Positions 30,125-40,262 of a stretch of DNA of 64,000 bases are shown here, one piece after another. Both the position numbers and the translations under genes were made by a program. Where the stretch lies: the NCBI GenBank assembly GCA_965228735.1, contig OZ245838.1:640001-704000 (forward strand). Direction: 5' to 3'. Below the pieces are notes generated by a model, which worked only from the letters and a program-made list of their open reading frames with translations, ran no database searches and was not told where the DNA came from. Numbering within the stretch: the stretch's first letter is position 1; every line of letters starts with the position of its first letter. This DNA comes from Planctomycetota bacterium. Lineage in GTDB: Bacteria; Planctomycetota; UBA1135; UBA2386.

Positions 30125-31894
30125 TTACAGCAGGAACGAGACGCGAACGGTCGAGGTGCCGATGGCCTGCAGCGTCGTGATGTCGGCTTCGAGCGCCTGG
30201 GAGTAGACCTGCAGGAGGCCGAGGCCCGCAGGCACGGGCACCGTGAGGTCGGCGAGGCCGAGCGGATCGAGGACGCCGATGCCGAGCACGATCTGACTCT
30301 GCAGCAGCGGCAGGCCCTGGAACGGCGCGGTCGAGTTGTTGAGGCTCAGCACGACGAACCACAGCTGGCCCGGCTGGCCGCCGATGCCGAACTCGGCGAT
30401 GCCGCCCGACGGCGGGATCGACGGCGACGCGAAGTGGTCGGTCGGCGACGTCGTGACGTAGGTCACGGGGAACGTGTTGCTCGTGCCGAGCGGGTTCGTC
30501 GCGCTGACGGTGACGACACCGAGCGCGGTCGGCGTCGGCATCGCGATCCGCAACGTGTCGTCGTCGACGACGAAGAAGCCGCTCGTGAACGTCTGCCCCG
30601 CGACGGTGAACGACGTCGTCCCCGTGAAGCCCGAACCCGTGAGCGTCACGAGTCCTGGGCGGAACGCGGGCACGCTCGTCGGCGAGGCCGACGTGATCAC
30701 GGGCTGCGTCTGGATCGGCGTCAGGCACGGGCGGTTCTGCGCGTAGTTGCGGATCGTGTTCGCGACGCCGGAGCTGAACTGCGTGACGTTGCCACTGCAC
30801 CCGCCGAGGCCGGCGCACATGATGTTGCACCCGCCGCCGCTGCAGTGGTTCGACGAGAAGTTGTGACCGAGCTCGTGTGCGGTCAGCGCAACGCGCGCGT
30901 TGAAGTTGCTCGTGAAGCGCGACTGCGACAGGCCGTAGCCAGTGCCGTTGCTGCAGATCCCGGACAGGTAGGCGACGCCGATCGTCGAGCCGCTGAGGTT
31001 GCGACCGGTGAAGAGGTGCGCGACGTCGCGCGCGACGCCGCCGTGCACGGTCTGCCACCGCGAACGGAACTGGCTCAGCAACGTGCCCGAGCTGTTCGTC
31101 GTGTAGACGTTCGTCGTCGTGACGATGATCGTCGCGATGTCGAACTGCACGTCACAGTCGCGGTCGTAGATGAACTCGACCTGGTTCATGATCGACGTGA
31201 TGTCGTTCTGCGTGCCCGTCGTGCTGCTGCCGTTCTGCTGATAGAACTGGACGTCGGCCTCGATCGCGATGTCGCACTCGACCGTGACATCGACGCCGGC
31301 GGTCGGCGCGGTGCTGAACGGTGCGGTCGCGGTCACGCCACACTGGTGCGGCAGCGGCGAGGTGTCACGCGATCGGTAGACCACGTGCGCGGACCTGCCG
31401 GCCTGCGGCACCACCTGGCGCACGGGCTGGACGATCCACGCCTCCTGGATCGTGCCGACGCGGTCGGGCGCGCGGTAGATCGTGGCTTCGACGCTGCCGT
31501 CGATGATCGTCGCGACGACGCCGCTGCCCGGCTCGTTCGCGAGCTGGCCGCGGTAGGTGACGCTCGGCGGCGTCGGGATCTGATGCAGCCCGCTGTCGTC
31601 GCGCACGAGCAGCCGGAACCCAGGCGCGCGGACATCGTGCGGGAACAGCTCGACCTCGTGCACGGCGTTCCCGAGCCGGACGGAGAACGTCTGCCGGCCC
31701 GACGGCTCGGTGACGAGATCGAGCGCCTGCACCGTGCCGGCGTCGATATCGAACGCCTGGCACAGGGTGGGCGGTGCCGGGCGGGCCGTGGGGCCGTTGG
31801 TGGCCTGCGCGAGGGCCGAAGCCGCGGACGCGGCCGCGACGAGACAGAGCAGCGCGGCGCGCAGGGCGCGTGTCGCGGTCGAGTGGGTGTGCAT
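30125..31894 (-). CDS. secreted M12B/reprolysin-like zinc metalloprotease with IPT/TIG domain
   Basis: Signal peptide, prodomain cysteine switch HQCGV, AHELGHNFSSNH, Met-turn NIMC, PVITSASP...VTLTGSGF. Confidence 0.9.
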   Translation of the reverse strand: MHTHSTATRALRAALLCLVAAASAASALAQATNGPTARPAPPTLCQAFDIDAGTVQALDLVTEPSGRQTFSVRLGNAVHEVELFPHDVRAPGFRLLVRDDSGLHQIPTPPSVTYRGQLANEPGSGVVATIIDGSVEATIYRAPDRVGTIQEAWIVQPVRQVVPQAGRSAHVVYRSRDTSPLPHQCGVTATAPFSTAPTAGVDVTVECDIAIEADVQFYQQNGSSTTGTQNDITSIMNQVEFIYDRDCDVQFDIATIIVTTTNVYTTNSSGTLLSQFRSRWQTVHGGVARDVAHLFTGRNLSGSTIGVAYLSGICSNGTGYGLSQSRFTSNFNARVALTAHELGHNFSSNHCSGGGCNIMCAGLGGCSGNVTQFSSGVANTIRNYAQNRPCLTPIQTQPVITSASPTSVPAFRPGLVTLTGSGFTGTTSFTVAGQTFTSGFFVVDDDTLRIAMPTPTALGVVTVSATNPLGTSNTFPVTYVTTSPTDHFASPSIPPSGGIAEFGIGGQPGQLWFVVLSLNNSTAPFQGLPLLQSQIVLGIGVLDPLGLADLTVPVPAGLGLLQVYSQALEADITTLQAIGTSTVRVSFLL

Positions 31895-32024
31895 GGATCG
31901 GGGACGATACCGCCGGGCGCCGGCGAGCGAGGAAAACCGCCCGGCCCGCGGCAGGTCAGTTGACGCTCCGTCGAAACCGGCGGCGCGGATTGACCCGGGT
32001 CGCAGCCGCGCCGAGGGTTCGGGT

Positions 32025-34472
32025 ATGCGACTTCTCGTGGCGTTCCTGCCTCTGCTGGTGACCGCGGCCTCGGTCGTTGGGCAGGCCGGGTCCAGGCCCC
32101 AGGTCTCGGGGATCTACCCGCACCTCGCGATGTTCAACGACGAGGGCGAGTGCGGCACGGGCGCGGTCGTGCCGTGGGCCGGCAGGCTCTGGGTCGTGAC
32201 CTACGCGCCGCACGAGCCGCGCGGTTCGAGCGACAAGCTCTATGCGATCGATGCCGACCTCGATCAGACGATTCGCGCTGAGGGCATCGGCGGCACGCCC
32301 GCCAACCGGCTGATCCATCGCGAGTCGCAGCAGCTGTTCCTCGGGCCCTACGTGATCGATCGGCGCGGCTCGGTGCGCGTGATTCCGTACTCGGAGATGT
32401 TCGGCCGTCACACCGGGACGGCGCGTCACCTGACCGACCCGGCGAAGAAGGTCTACACCGCGACGATGGAGGAGGGGCTCTACGAGATCGACGTCGACAC
32501 GCTCGCGGTGACGGAGCTCTGGGCGGACGAGCAGCAGAAGGAGGGGCGCCACGCCGACCTGCCGGGCTACCACGGCAAGGGGCTGTACTCGGGCCAGCGG
32601 CGTCTCGTCTACGCCAACAACGGGGAGCACGGCCAGCGCGCGCTGCGCGATCCGACGACGCCGTCGGGTGTCCTCGCCGAATGGGACGGCCAGGCCGACC
32701 GCTGGACGGTCGTGCGGCGCAACCAGTTCACCGAGGTGACGGGACCGGGCGGGGTCTTCGGCAACGCCGATCCGGAACGCGATCCGATCTGGAGCGTCGG
32801 CTGGGATCACCGTTCGCTGATCCTGCAAGTGCTCCACGATGGTCGCTGGCACACGTATCGGCTGCCGAAGGGTTCGCACAGCTACGACGGCGCGCACGGT
32901 TGGAACACGGAGTGGCCGCGCATCCGTGACATCGGCGAGGACGACCTGCTCATGACGATGCACGGGCTGTTCTGGCGCTTCCCGCGCGCGTTCCGGCCCG
33001 GGGCGACGGGCGGGCTCGCGCCGCGCTCGGCCTACCTCAAGGTCATCGGCGACTTCTGCCGCTTCGGCGATCGCGTCGTGTTCGGTTGCGACGACACGGC
33101 GAAGAACGAGTTCCTCAACCAGCGCAAGGCGAAGGGCGAGATCGCCGCGCCCCGGTCGCAGAGCAACCTGTGGTTCGTCGAACCGGAACGGATCGAGCGG
33201 CTGGGACCGGTGCGCGCGGTCGGGTCGCCGTGGGCGCACGAGGACGTGGCGGCGGGGGCCGTGACCGCGCCGTTCCTCGTGGGCGGGTTCGCGCGGCGCG
33301 GGCTGCACCTCGCGCATCGCGGCGACCGGCCCGTGGAGGTGTGTGTCGAGGTCGACGTCGCGGGCGACGGTCGCTTCGTCGAGCTCGCGACGGTCGAGCT
33401 CCAACCGCGCGGCTACCGCTGGCTCGCGTTGACGGCGCCGGCGACGTGGCTGCGGCTGCGGGCGCCGCGGCCGATCCGGTCGGCGGTCGCGGCGCTGCAT
33501 CTCGCGAGCGCGGACGGACGCACCGCGGCGCGGGATCCGATGTTCGATGCGCTCGCGGCGGTCGGCGCGGACGACTGCGTCGGCGGGCTCGTGCGCGCCC
33601 GCGGCGGGGACGAGACCACGATGGCGTTCGCGGTGCAGACTCCCGGGGTCGACGAGCCGGTGGCCGACGTCGGCTGCTACGAACTGGACGGCGCGCTCGA
33701 ACTCACGCCGACGGGCGATGCCGGTCTGCATCGCCATACGCTCGAGCACACGGCGATCCCGCTCGGCGTCCTCGACGGGGACGCCGCGTCCCTCGTGTTC
33801 GTCGACGAGGCCGGCAGGCGTTGGCGGCTGCCGCGGCTCCCGGAGCGAACGGCGCCGGCGGGTGACCCGGGGCCGTTCACGCTCGCCGTCGCGGGCCGGG
33901 TCGCACGCGAGGTCGCGACCGAGCGCGACCTGTTCCACGCGCTGGGGACGTTCTACGAGCTCCCGGCGACCAACGCGGGCGGCTTCGCCAAGGTGCGGCC
34001 GGTGGCGTCGCACGATCGCTTCGTCCACGACTTCTGCAGCTTCCGCGGCCTGCTCGTGATGACCGGCGTCGCGGTCGATGCGCCGGCGGGGCCACACGTG
34101 GTGCGCTCGGCGGACGGCAGGGCGGCGCTTTGGGTCGGCGCGATCGACGACCTCTGGCGGCTCGGCAAGCCGCGCGGCGTCGGTGGGCCGTGGCTCGATA
34201 CGCCGGTCGCGGCGGGCGCCCACAGCGACCCGTACCTCGTGACCGGCTACGACCGCAAAGAGCTCACGCTGCGCCACGATGCGGACCGGCCGGTGCGGAT
34301 GACCGTCGAGGCCGACCTGTGCGGCGACGGCCGCTGGACCCCGGTGCGCACGTTCGAAGTGCCGGCCGGTACGCCGCTGATCCACGAATTCGACCGCGCG
34401 TGGTCGGCGTACTGGCTGCGGGTGCGCGCCGAGCGCGCGTGCTCCGCCACGGCGCAGCTGCGCTATCGCTGA
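32025..34472 (+). CDS. large secreted conserved hypothetical protein
   Basis: Signal peptide; SGIYPHLA, ECGTGAVVPWA, WNTEWPRIR, SDPYL motifs; strong codon bias. Confidence 0.8.
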   Translation: MRLLVAFLPLLVTAASVVGQAGSRPQVSGIYPHLAMFNDEGECGTGAVVPWAGRLWVVTYAPHEPRGSSDKLYAIDADLDQTIRAEGIGGTPANRLIHRESQQLFLGPYVIDRRGSVRVIPYSEMFGRHTGTARHLTDPAKKVYTATMEEGLYEIDVDTLAVTELWADEQQKEGRHADLPGYHGKGLYSGQRRLVYANNGEHGQRALRDPTTPSGVLAEWDGQADRWTVVRRNQFTEVTGPGGVFGNADPERDPIWSVGWDHRSLILQVLHDGRWHTYRLPKGSHSYDGAHGWNTEWPRIRDIGEDDLLMTMHGLFWRFPRAFRPGATGGLAPRSAYLKVIGDFCRFGDRVVFGCDDTAKNEFLNQRKAKGEIAAPRSQSNLWFVEPERIERLGPVRAVGSPWAHEDVAAGAVTAPFLVGGFARRGLHLAHRGDRPVEVCVEVDVAGDGRFVELATVELQPRGYRWLALTAPATWLRLRAPRPIRSAVAALHLASADGRTAARDPMFDALAAVGADDCVGGLVRARGGDETTMAFAVQTPGVDEPVADVGCYELDGALELTPTGDAGLHRHTLEHTAIPLGVLDGDAASLVFVDEAGRRWRLPRLPERTAPAGDPGPFTLAVAGRVAREVATERDLFHALGTFYELPATNAGGFAKVRPVASHDRFVHDFCSFRGLLVMTGVAVDAPAGPHVVRSADGRAALWVGAIDDLWRLGKPRGVGGPWLDTPVAAGAHSDPYLVTGYDRKELTLRHDADRPVRMTVEADLCGDGRWTPVRTFEVPAGTPLIHEFDRAWSAYWLRVRAERACSATAQLRYR

Positions 34473-34480
34473 CGCGCCGC

Positions 34481-34489
34481 TGTGGACAA
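34481..34489 (-). promoter_or_regulatory. candidate DnaA box TTGTCCACA upstream of guaB
   Basis: Plus strand TGTGGACAA, one mismatch from TTATCCACA. Confidence 0.35.
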
Positions 34490-34621
34490 CGCCTCACCCG
34501 GGGGTGGAGTGCGGACGCCGCACGGCGCTCAGAAAGCGCGGCAAACGGCGCAATCGCCGAGCGAAAACGGGGCCGAGCCGCTACGATCTCAACGCTTTCC
34601 TACCCTCACCGGAGAAAGCAA

Positions 34622-36079
34622 GTGGTCGAGTTCCTCGGCGAAGGTCTCACATACGACGACGTCCTCCTGGTGCCGCAGATGGCATCCGCGTTGCCGCGCG
34701 ACGTCGTGACCAGCACGCAGTTCTGTCGGGGAGTCGAGCTGCAGGTGCCGATCGTCGCGGCGGCCATGGACACCGTGACCGAATCCCGCATGGCGGTCGC
34801 CCTCGCGCGCCTCGGCGGCATCGGCATCGTGCACAAGAACCTGACCATCGAGCGCCAGGTGCTCGAGGTCGACAAGGTCAAGCGTTCGGCCAACGGTGTG
34901 ATCCTCGATCCCGTCGCGCTGTCGCCGAGCGACAAGGTCGGGCGCGCGAAGGACCTGATGCGCGACCACAAGATCAGCGGCCTGCCCGTCGTCGACGGCA
35001 GCCGCAAGGTCGTCGGTATCCTCACCAACCGCGACCTGCGGTTCGTCGACGACCGTGATTCCGAGGTGCGGGCGGTGATGACGAGCCAGAACCTCGTGAC
35101 CGCGGCGCCGGAGACGACGCTCGATCAGGCGCGGCAGATCCTGCGCAGCAACAAGGTCGAGAAGCTCATCCTCGTGAAGCCCGACGGCACGCTCGCGGGG
35201 CTGATCACGATGAAGGACATCCGCGGCACCGAGGAGTACCCGCAGGCTGCGCGTGATCAGCGTGGTCGCCTGCGGGTCGGCGCGGCGGTCGGCGTGCACG
35301 ACCTCGAGCGCGTCGGCCAGCTCGTCGAGGCCGGTTGTGACGTCGTCGTCGTCGACACCGCGCACGGCCACAGCAAGAACGTGATCGAGACGGTGCAGGC
35401 CATCAAGAAGGCCTCGGACATCCCCGTCGTCGCGGGCAACGTCGGCACGTTCGACGGCGCCAAGGCGCTGGTGGAAGCAGGGGCGGACGGCGTCAAGGTC
35501 GGCATCGGGCCGGGCTCGATCTGCACGACGCGCATCGTCACGGGCTGCGGCGTGCCACAGCTCACGGCGGTGCTCGAAGCGTGCAAGGCGACGCAGCCGG
35601 CCGGCGTGCCCGTCATCGCGGACGGCGGCATCAAGCAGAGCGGCGACATCGTCAAGGCGCTCGCCGCGGGCGCGTCGACCGTGATGCTCGGTTCACTGCT
35701 GGCCGGTCTCGAAGAGTCGCCCGGCGAGACGATTCTCTACCGCGGTCGCCAGTTCAAGACCGTGCGCGGCATGGGCTCGATCGGCGCGATGGAGCAGGGC
35801 TCGGCCGACCGCTACGCGCAGGCCGAGGTGAAGGACAAGCAGAAGTTCGTGCCCGAGGGCGTCGAGGGCATGGTGCCCTACAAGGGCCCCGTCGCGGACT
35901 TCGTCTACCAGCTCGCCGGCGGCTTGCGTTCGGGCATGGGCTACTGCGGCGCGCGCACGCTGCCGGAGCTCACCGAGAAGTCGAAGTTCTTGCGCGTCAC
36001 GCCGGCCGGGTTGCGCGAGTCGCACCCGCACGACATCCAGATCACCAAGGAAGCCCCGAACTACTCGGGCGAAGCATGA
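34622..36079 (+). CDS. guaB: IMP dehydrogenase
   Basis: [19 protein letters not shown] pair, [31 protein letters not shown]. Confidence 0.97.
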   Translation: MVEFLGEGLTYDDVLLVPQMASALPRDVVTSTQFCRGVELQVPIVAAAMDTVTESRMAVALARLGGIGIVHKNLTIERQVLEVDKVKRSANGVILDPVALSPSDKVGRAKDLMRDHKISGLPVVDGSRKVVGILTNRDLRFVDDRDSEVRAVMTSQNLVTAAPETTLDQARQILRSNKVEKLILVKPDGTLAGLITMKDIRGTEEYPQAARDQRGRLRVGAAVGVHDLERVGQLVEAGCDVVVVDTAHGHSKNVIETVQAIKKASDIPVVAGNVGTFDGAKALVEAGADGVKVGIGPGSICTTRIVTGCGVPQLTAVLEACKATQPAGVPVIADGGIKQSGDIVKALAAGASTVMLGSLLAGLEESPGETILYRGRQFKTVRGMGSIGAMEQGSADRYAQAEVKDKQKFVPEGVEGMVPYKGPVADFVYQLAGGLRSGMGYCGARTLPELTEKSKFLRVTPAGLRESHPHDIQITKEAPNYSGEA

Positions 36080-37680
36080 GCCAGATCGACGAGTCTGCAG
36101 ACCCGATGGCGGCAGCCGGGGCCGAGCCCGAAGGGCCGAGCGGCGGCGTCCTGATCGTCGACTTCGGCGCGCAATACTGCCAGCTCATCGCGCGGCGCGT
36201 GCGCGAGCTCGGCGTCTACTCGCGCATCACGGTGCCCGAGCGCGCGATGTTCACGCTGCAGCACATGCGGCCCGCGGCGATCATCCTCAGCGGCGGGCCG
36301 AGCTCGGTCTATGCCGACGATGCGCCCGCGCTCGATCCAGCGATCCTCGAGCAGGGCGTGCCGGTGCTCGGCATCTGCTACGGCCTGCAGTGGCTCGCGC
36401 AGCACACGGGCGGCGAGGTCACGCCGGCGCAGTCGGGCGCGGAGTACGGCCGCACGAAGCTGAACGTGCAGGACGCCGCCGACTTCTTGCAGGGCTGCAA
36501 GCCCGACGGCGTCGTGTGGATGTCGCACGGCGACAAGGTCAGCAAGCTCGGGCCTGGCTTCGAGGTGCTCGCGAAGAGCGAGCCGTGCCCGTTCGCCGTC
36601 GTCGCCGACCGGCAGCGCAAGTTCTTCGGGCTGCAGTTCCACCCCGAGGTCGCGCACACCGAGGACGGCGCGCGCATGCTGCAGAACTTCATCGTCGACA
36701 TCGCGCAGTGCGCGCGCGACTGGAACCCGGGCAGCATCGTCGACAACAAGATCGCGGCCGTGAAGGAACTCGTCGGCGAGACCGGCGAGGTCGTGCTCGG
36801 CCTGTCGGGCGGCGTCGACAGTTCGGTCGCCGCGGTGCTCATCCATCGCGCGATCGGCAATCGCCTGCACTGCGTGTTCGTCGACAACGGGCTGCTGCGG
36901 CACGGTGAACGCGAGGGCGTCGAGTCGCTGTTTCGCGATCACTACCACATGGACCTCGAGGTCGTCGACGCGAGCGAGCGCTTCCTCGGCGAGCTCGCCG
37001 GCGTCGAGGAGCCGGAGCAGAAGCGCAAGATCATCGGGCGCGTGTTCGTCGAGGTGTTCCGCGAGCGCGCGAGCAGCAAGCAGAACGCGACGTTCCTCGG
37101 CCAGGGCACGCTCTATCCCGACGTGATCGAGTCGGTCGCCGCGCACGGCGGCGCGACGTCGACGATCAAGAGTCACCACAACGTCGGTGGGCTGCCGGAG
37201 GACCTCGACCTCACCCTCGTCGAACCGTTGCGGGATCTGTTCAAGGACGAGGTGCGCGCGATCGGGCGCGAGCTCGGGCTGCCGAGTTCGCTCGTCGACC
37301 GCCAGCCGTTCCCGGGTCCGGGCCTCGCGGTGCGCTGTCTCGGCGAGGTGACGCGCGAGAAGCTCGAGCCGCTGCGCAGAGCAGACAAGATCGTGCGCGA
37401 CGAGATCGAGGAGCGCGGGCTCGAGAAGAACCTGTGGCAATACTTCGCGGTCTACGTGCCGCAGAAGTCGGTCGGCGTGAAGGGCGACGCGCGCGTCTAC
37501 GAGGACGTCTGCGTGATGCGCCTCGTGAGCAGCCTCGACGCGATGACCGCCGACTGGGAGATGCTCCCGGTCGACGTGCTGAGCCGCATCAGCAACCGCA
37601 TCCTCAACGAGGTCAAAGGCTTCGCCCGCGTCTGCCTCGACATCTCGAGCAAGCCGCCGGCGACGATCGAGTGGGAGTGA
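36076..37680 (+). CDS. guaA: GMP synthase (glutamine-hydrolysing)
   Basis: GICYG, QFHPE, SGGVDS, IKSHHN, KPPATIEWE; ATGA overlap with guaB. Confidence 0.97.
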   Translation: MSQIDESADPMAAAGAEPEGPSGGVLIVDFGAQYCQLIARRVRELGVYSRITVPERAMFTLQHMRPAAIILSGGPSSVYADDAPALDPAILEQGVPVLGICYGLQWLAQHTGGEVTPAQSGAEYGRTKLNVQDAADFLQGCKPDGVVWMSHGDKVSKLGPGFEVLAKSEPCPFAVVADRQRKFFGLQFHPEVAHTEDGARMLQNFIVDIAQCARDWNPGSIVDNKIAAVKELVGETGEVVLGLSGGVDSSVAAVLIHRAIGNRLHCVFVDNGLLRHGEREGVESLFRDHYHMDLEVVDASERFLGELAGVEEPEQKRKIIGRVFVEVFRERASSKQNATFLGQGTLYPDVIESVAAHGGATSTIKSHHNVGGLPEDLDLTLVEPLRDLFKDEVRAIGRELGLPSSLVDRQPFPGPGLAVRCLGEVTREKLEPLRRADKIVRDEIEERGLEKNLWQYFAVYVPQKSVGVKGDARVYEDVCVMRLVSSLDAMTADWEMLPVDVLSRISNRILNEVKGFARVCLDISSKPPATIEWE

Positions 37681-37685
37681 ACACC

Positions 37686-37744
37686 CGTACGGAACCAGGT
37701 TCATCCTGCCGATCCCTTCGGCAACACGAACCGCGTACCGTACG
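37686..37744. terminator. nested hairpin between convergent guaA and membrane-protein gene
   Basis: CGTACGG/CCGTACG, GGTTC/GAACC, TGCCGA/TCGGCA nested inverted repeats. Confidence 0.5.
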
Positions 37745-37750
37745 CCGGGA

Positions 37751-38401
37751 TCAGGTGCGTGGCTTCGGCGCGAAACGGCGCAGCAGCAGGTGCGTCGGGC
37801 CGACGAGTACGAGCGGCTGGAGCGCCATCCACAGGCCGAGCCACGCGAGTTCGGGCATCCAGGTCTGCCGTTCCTCGCCGAGTCCGAACACGTAGTTGAC
37901 GTTGTAGGGCAGGTTGGGGTTGTCCGGATCGGCGGGCGGCGGCGGCAGGAAGAAGTAGGCGATGAGGATCAGCGCCCACGCGGTGAGCACCCAGGCCTGG
38001 AAGCCGCGGCGGTCGTAGCCAACGCGCCACACGAGCCACAGCAACAAGAACGGCAGCCACCCGTGGAACAGCGACAGCGCCCGGTTGAACAGCGGGTTGT
38101 TCTCGCTGTCGAACATGTAGTTCGTCATGCCGGTGATCGGCACGCCGACCATGCCGCCGAGGAAGTCGACGACCCAGAGCATCTGCGGCAGCACGATGCC
38201 GGCAGCGGCCATGCTGATCGGCAGCGACCGCTCGGTCCACATGCCGTAGAGCGTGAGGAACAGCGCGACGTCGCAGAAGTAGAGGAAGTTCGTCGGCCCG
38301 TAGTTGTACCAGTAGAACGGCACGAGCACGGCCATGAACGCCGTCATGAGCAGCTTGGCGGCGAGCGGGATGCGCTTCGGCGGCGCGGCGTCTGTAGCCA
38401 T
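37751..38401 (-). CDS. conserved membrane protein
   Basis: YGPTNFLYFCD, GMTNYMFD, LSLFHGW, NVNYVFG; ~6 TM segments. Confidence 0.8.
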   Translation of the reverse strand: MATDAAPPKRIPLAAKLLMTAFMAVLVPFYWYNYGPTNFLYFCDVALFLTLYGMWTERSLPISMAAAGIVLPQMLWVVDFLGGMVGVPITGMTNYMFDSENNPLFNRALSLFHGWLPFLLLWLVWRVGYDRRGFQAWVLTAWALILIAYFFLPPPPADPDNPNLPYNVNYVFGLGEERQTWMPELAWLGLWMALQPLVLVGPTHLLLRRFAPKPRT

Positions 38402-38467
38402 CACGGAACGGTATCGCGGTGGCCGTGAGACAAGGATACCGGGTTCGGTATGTTCACGGCCGGTCTG

Positions 38468-40093
38468 TCAGCGACCGGGGCCGAGCACCGGATCCTCGTT
38501 CTCGATCGTCATCACGAGGTCGCCCGGGCCGGCGAGGAAGCGGCCGATGTGGCTCGACCAGGTGCGGCCGTCGCGGCGGGTCGTCGCGAAGAGGGCGTAG
38601 GCGTGACTCTCGGTGAGGCCGGAGAACGTGAAGCGCCCGGTCGCGTCGGTGACCGTCGCGCGCGTGCCCGGGCGCAGCTCGTCGTGCGGTGCCGTCAGGG
38701 TGACGGTGACGCCGGCGACGGGCTCGCCGTTCGGCAACCGCACTTCACCCTGGACCTCGAAGCCCGGCTGGATCTCGAGGTCGATGCCCGCGCTCGGGGC
38801 TTCCTTGATCGGCCAGTCGGCGTTGCCGAACGCGGGGTCGCTCGCGCGCACGGTGCCGGGCAGGGTGATGGCGCCGAAGTCGGCGCGGCCGCGGCGGTCG
38901 GTGCGAACGGCGACGGTCGCGAGCGCGTTGCCGTCGGGGACGTACTCGAGGTGCACGTCACGCGCTGGGTCGCCGCCGGGCAGGCGGCACGTCGCGCGCA
39001 GCTGCTGGCCTTCGGCGAATTCGATCGTCGTCGCGGCGTTCTCGCCCTGGAAGTCGATCATCGGGCGCGCGACCGGTGGCCGCTCGGCGCTCGTCACGAG
39101 CAGCCAGACGTCGCCGGCGCCGACCGGGGTGCTGGGCAACGTGAGCTTGCCGCCCGCGACGGTCGCGGCGCCGAGCACGCGCCAGTCGCCGGACGCGTCG
39201 CCCTTGAGAACGAAGCCGTGCGTCGCTTTGCCGGCGCCGGTGACCGAGAGCTGCAGCAGTTCGGGGTCCGCGGCGAACGTCGGTTCGCGGGCGGTGATCA
39301 GCCGGCCGGTCATCGGCTCGTGTGCCTGCAACGTCGCGTTCGCGGCGCGGCCGACGAGCACGCAGCGCGCGCGTTCTTCGCCGAGCAGCACGACGTCGGC
39401 GCGGCCGGCGGGGGTGACGGTGCGACCCGGCTCGCGCGCGAGCGTGCGACCGTCGCCGGCGAAGTCCGCGGCCGTCAGTTCGATCGACTGACCCGCCGCG
39501 AGCTCGAGCGCGCGCCAGAGGATGCGGCCGTCGTGTTCGATCCACGCCGAGTAGCGGCCGGCCGGCAGCGGGACGGCGCTGCCGCGCAGCGCGGGCAGGA
39601 TCTGTTCCCCGGTTGGCGTCTGGCGCGCGGCATACACGGTGATCTGGCCGCCGTCGTTCCGGTTCGGCGCGACGACGACGCCCGCCGCGCGCAGCATGAG
39701 CTTGTCGGCCGCGCCGGGTAGCAAGCGGTCGTAGAACGCGGCGAGGTGGCCGCCGTCGTCGCCGTCCCCGAGCACGAGCACGGCACCCGGTCGCGGCGGC
39801 GCGCCGCCGCCGATGCCGAACTGCAGCGAACCGGTCCGCCGACTCGGCCCGCCGGGGATCGCGGGCTGCTCGCGGGTGAAGAACAGCTCCACGTCACCGA
39901 GTCGCGCGAGCGCCGGGTAGCGCCGCACCGGATCCGCGAGGATCAGTCCGACCGCGCCCTCGACCGGCCCGCGCCGCGCGTCGGTGCCGTTCCGCAGCAT
40001 GAGGAACGCCGGCTGGGTGCGCGTGCCGCCCTGCGCCGCGAGCGTGGCGGCCAGCAGGGTCATGGGCAGCAGGAACCAGAGCGCGAGCGCCAT
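38468..40093 (-). CDS. secreted protein with carboxypeptidase-regulatory-like domain
   Basis: Signal peptide; VQGEVRLPNGEPVAGVTVTL...TVTDATGRFTFSGL. Confidence 0.7.
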   Translation of the reverse strand: MALALWFLLPMTLLAATLAAQGGTRTQPAFLMLRNGTDARRGPVEGAVGLILADPVRRYPALARLGDVELFFTREQPAIPGGPSRRTGSLQFGIGGGAPPRPGAVLVLGDGDDGGHLAAFYDRLLPGAADKLMLRAAGVVVAPNRNDGGQITVYAARQTPTGEQILPALRGSAVPLPAGRYSAWIEHDGRILWRALELAAGQSIELTAADFAGDGRTLAREPGRTVTPAGRADVVLLGEERARCVLVGRAANATLQAHEPMTGRLITAREPTFAADPELLQLSVTGAGKATHGFVLKGDASGDWRVLGAATVAGGKLTLPSTPVGAGDVWLLVTSAERPPVARPMIDFQGENAATTIEFAEGQQLRATCRLPGGDPARDVHLEYVPDGNALATVAVRTDRRGRADFGAITLPGTVRASDPAFGNADWPIKEAPSAGIDLEIQPGFEVQGEVRLPNGEPVAGVTVTLTAPHDELRPGTRATVTDATGRFTFSGLTESHAYALFATTRRDGRTWSSHIGRFLAGPGDLVMTIENEDPVLGPGR

Positions 40094-40136
40094 CGTGGCA
40101 CGAACGTAGACCACGGCGCCGGGTTCAGTCACCACC

Positions 40137-40255
40137 GATGGCCGTACCGAACCCGTTTCGAATCCGCCACTGCGCCGCGGCCGCAAGCGTGCGCCGGTGG
40201 CGGGGTCGCGCGGTTGGCTGGGTGGCGGATTCGAAACGGGTTCGGTACCGCCACC
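40137..40255. repeat. 119-bp REPIN-like palindromic element, copy 2
   Basis: 34-bp arms near-identical to copy 1, 51-bp spacer sharing GCGGCCGCAA at the same offset. Confidence 0.85.
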
Positions 40256-40262
40256 CGGCGGG

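Noticed and set aside
34130..37680. Long N-terminal extensions or fusions on guaB, guaA, thrB, gldG, BatA and rho in the ORF track
   Set aside because: Upstream parts overlap other genes or look non-coding; better starts with RBS or stop/start overlap exist downstream
30003..40255. The two palindromes as ends of a 10-kb mobile element
   Set aside because: They enclose guaBA and other backbone genes, there is no recombinase or target duplication, and each is a self-contained palindrome
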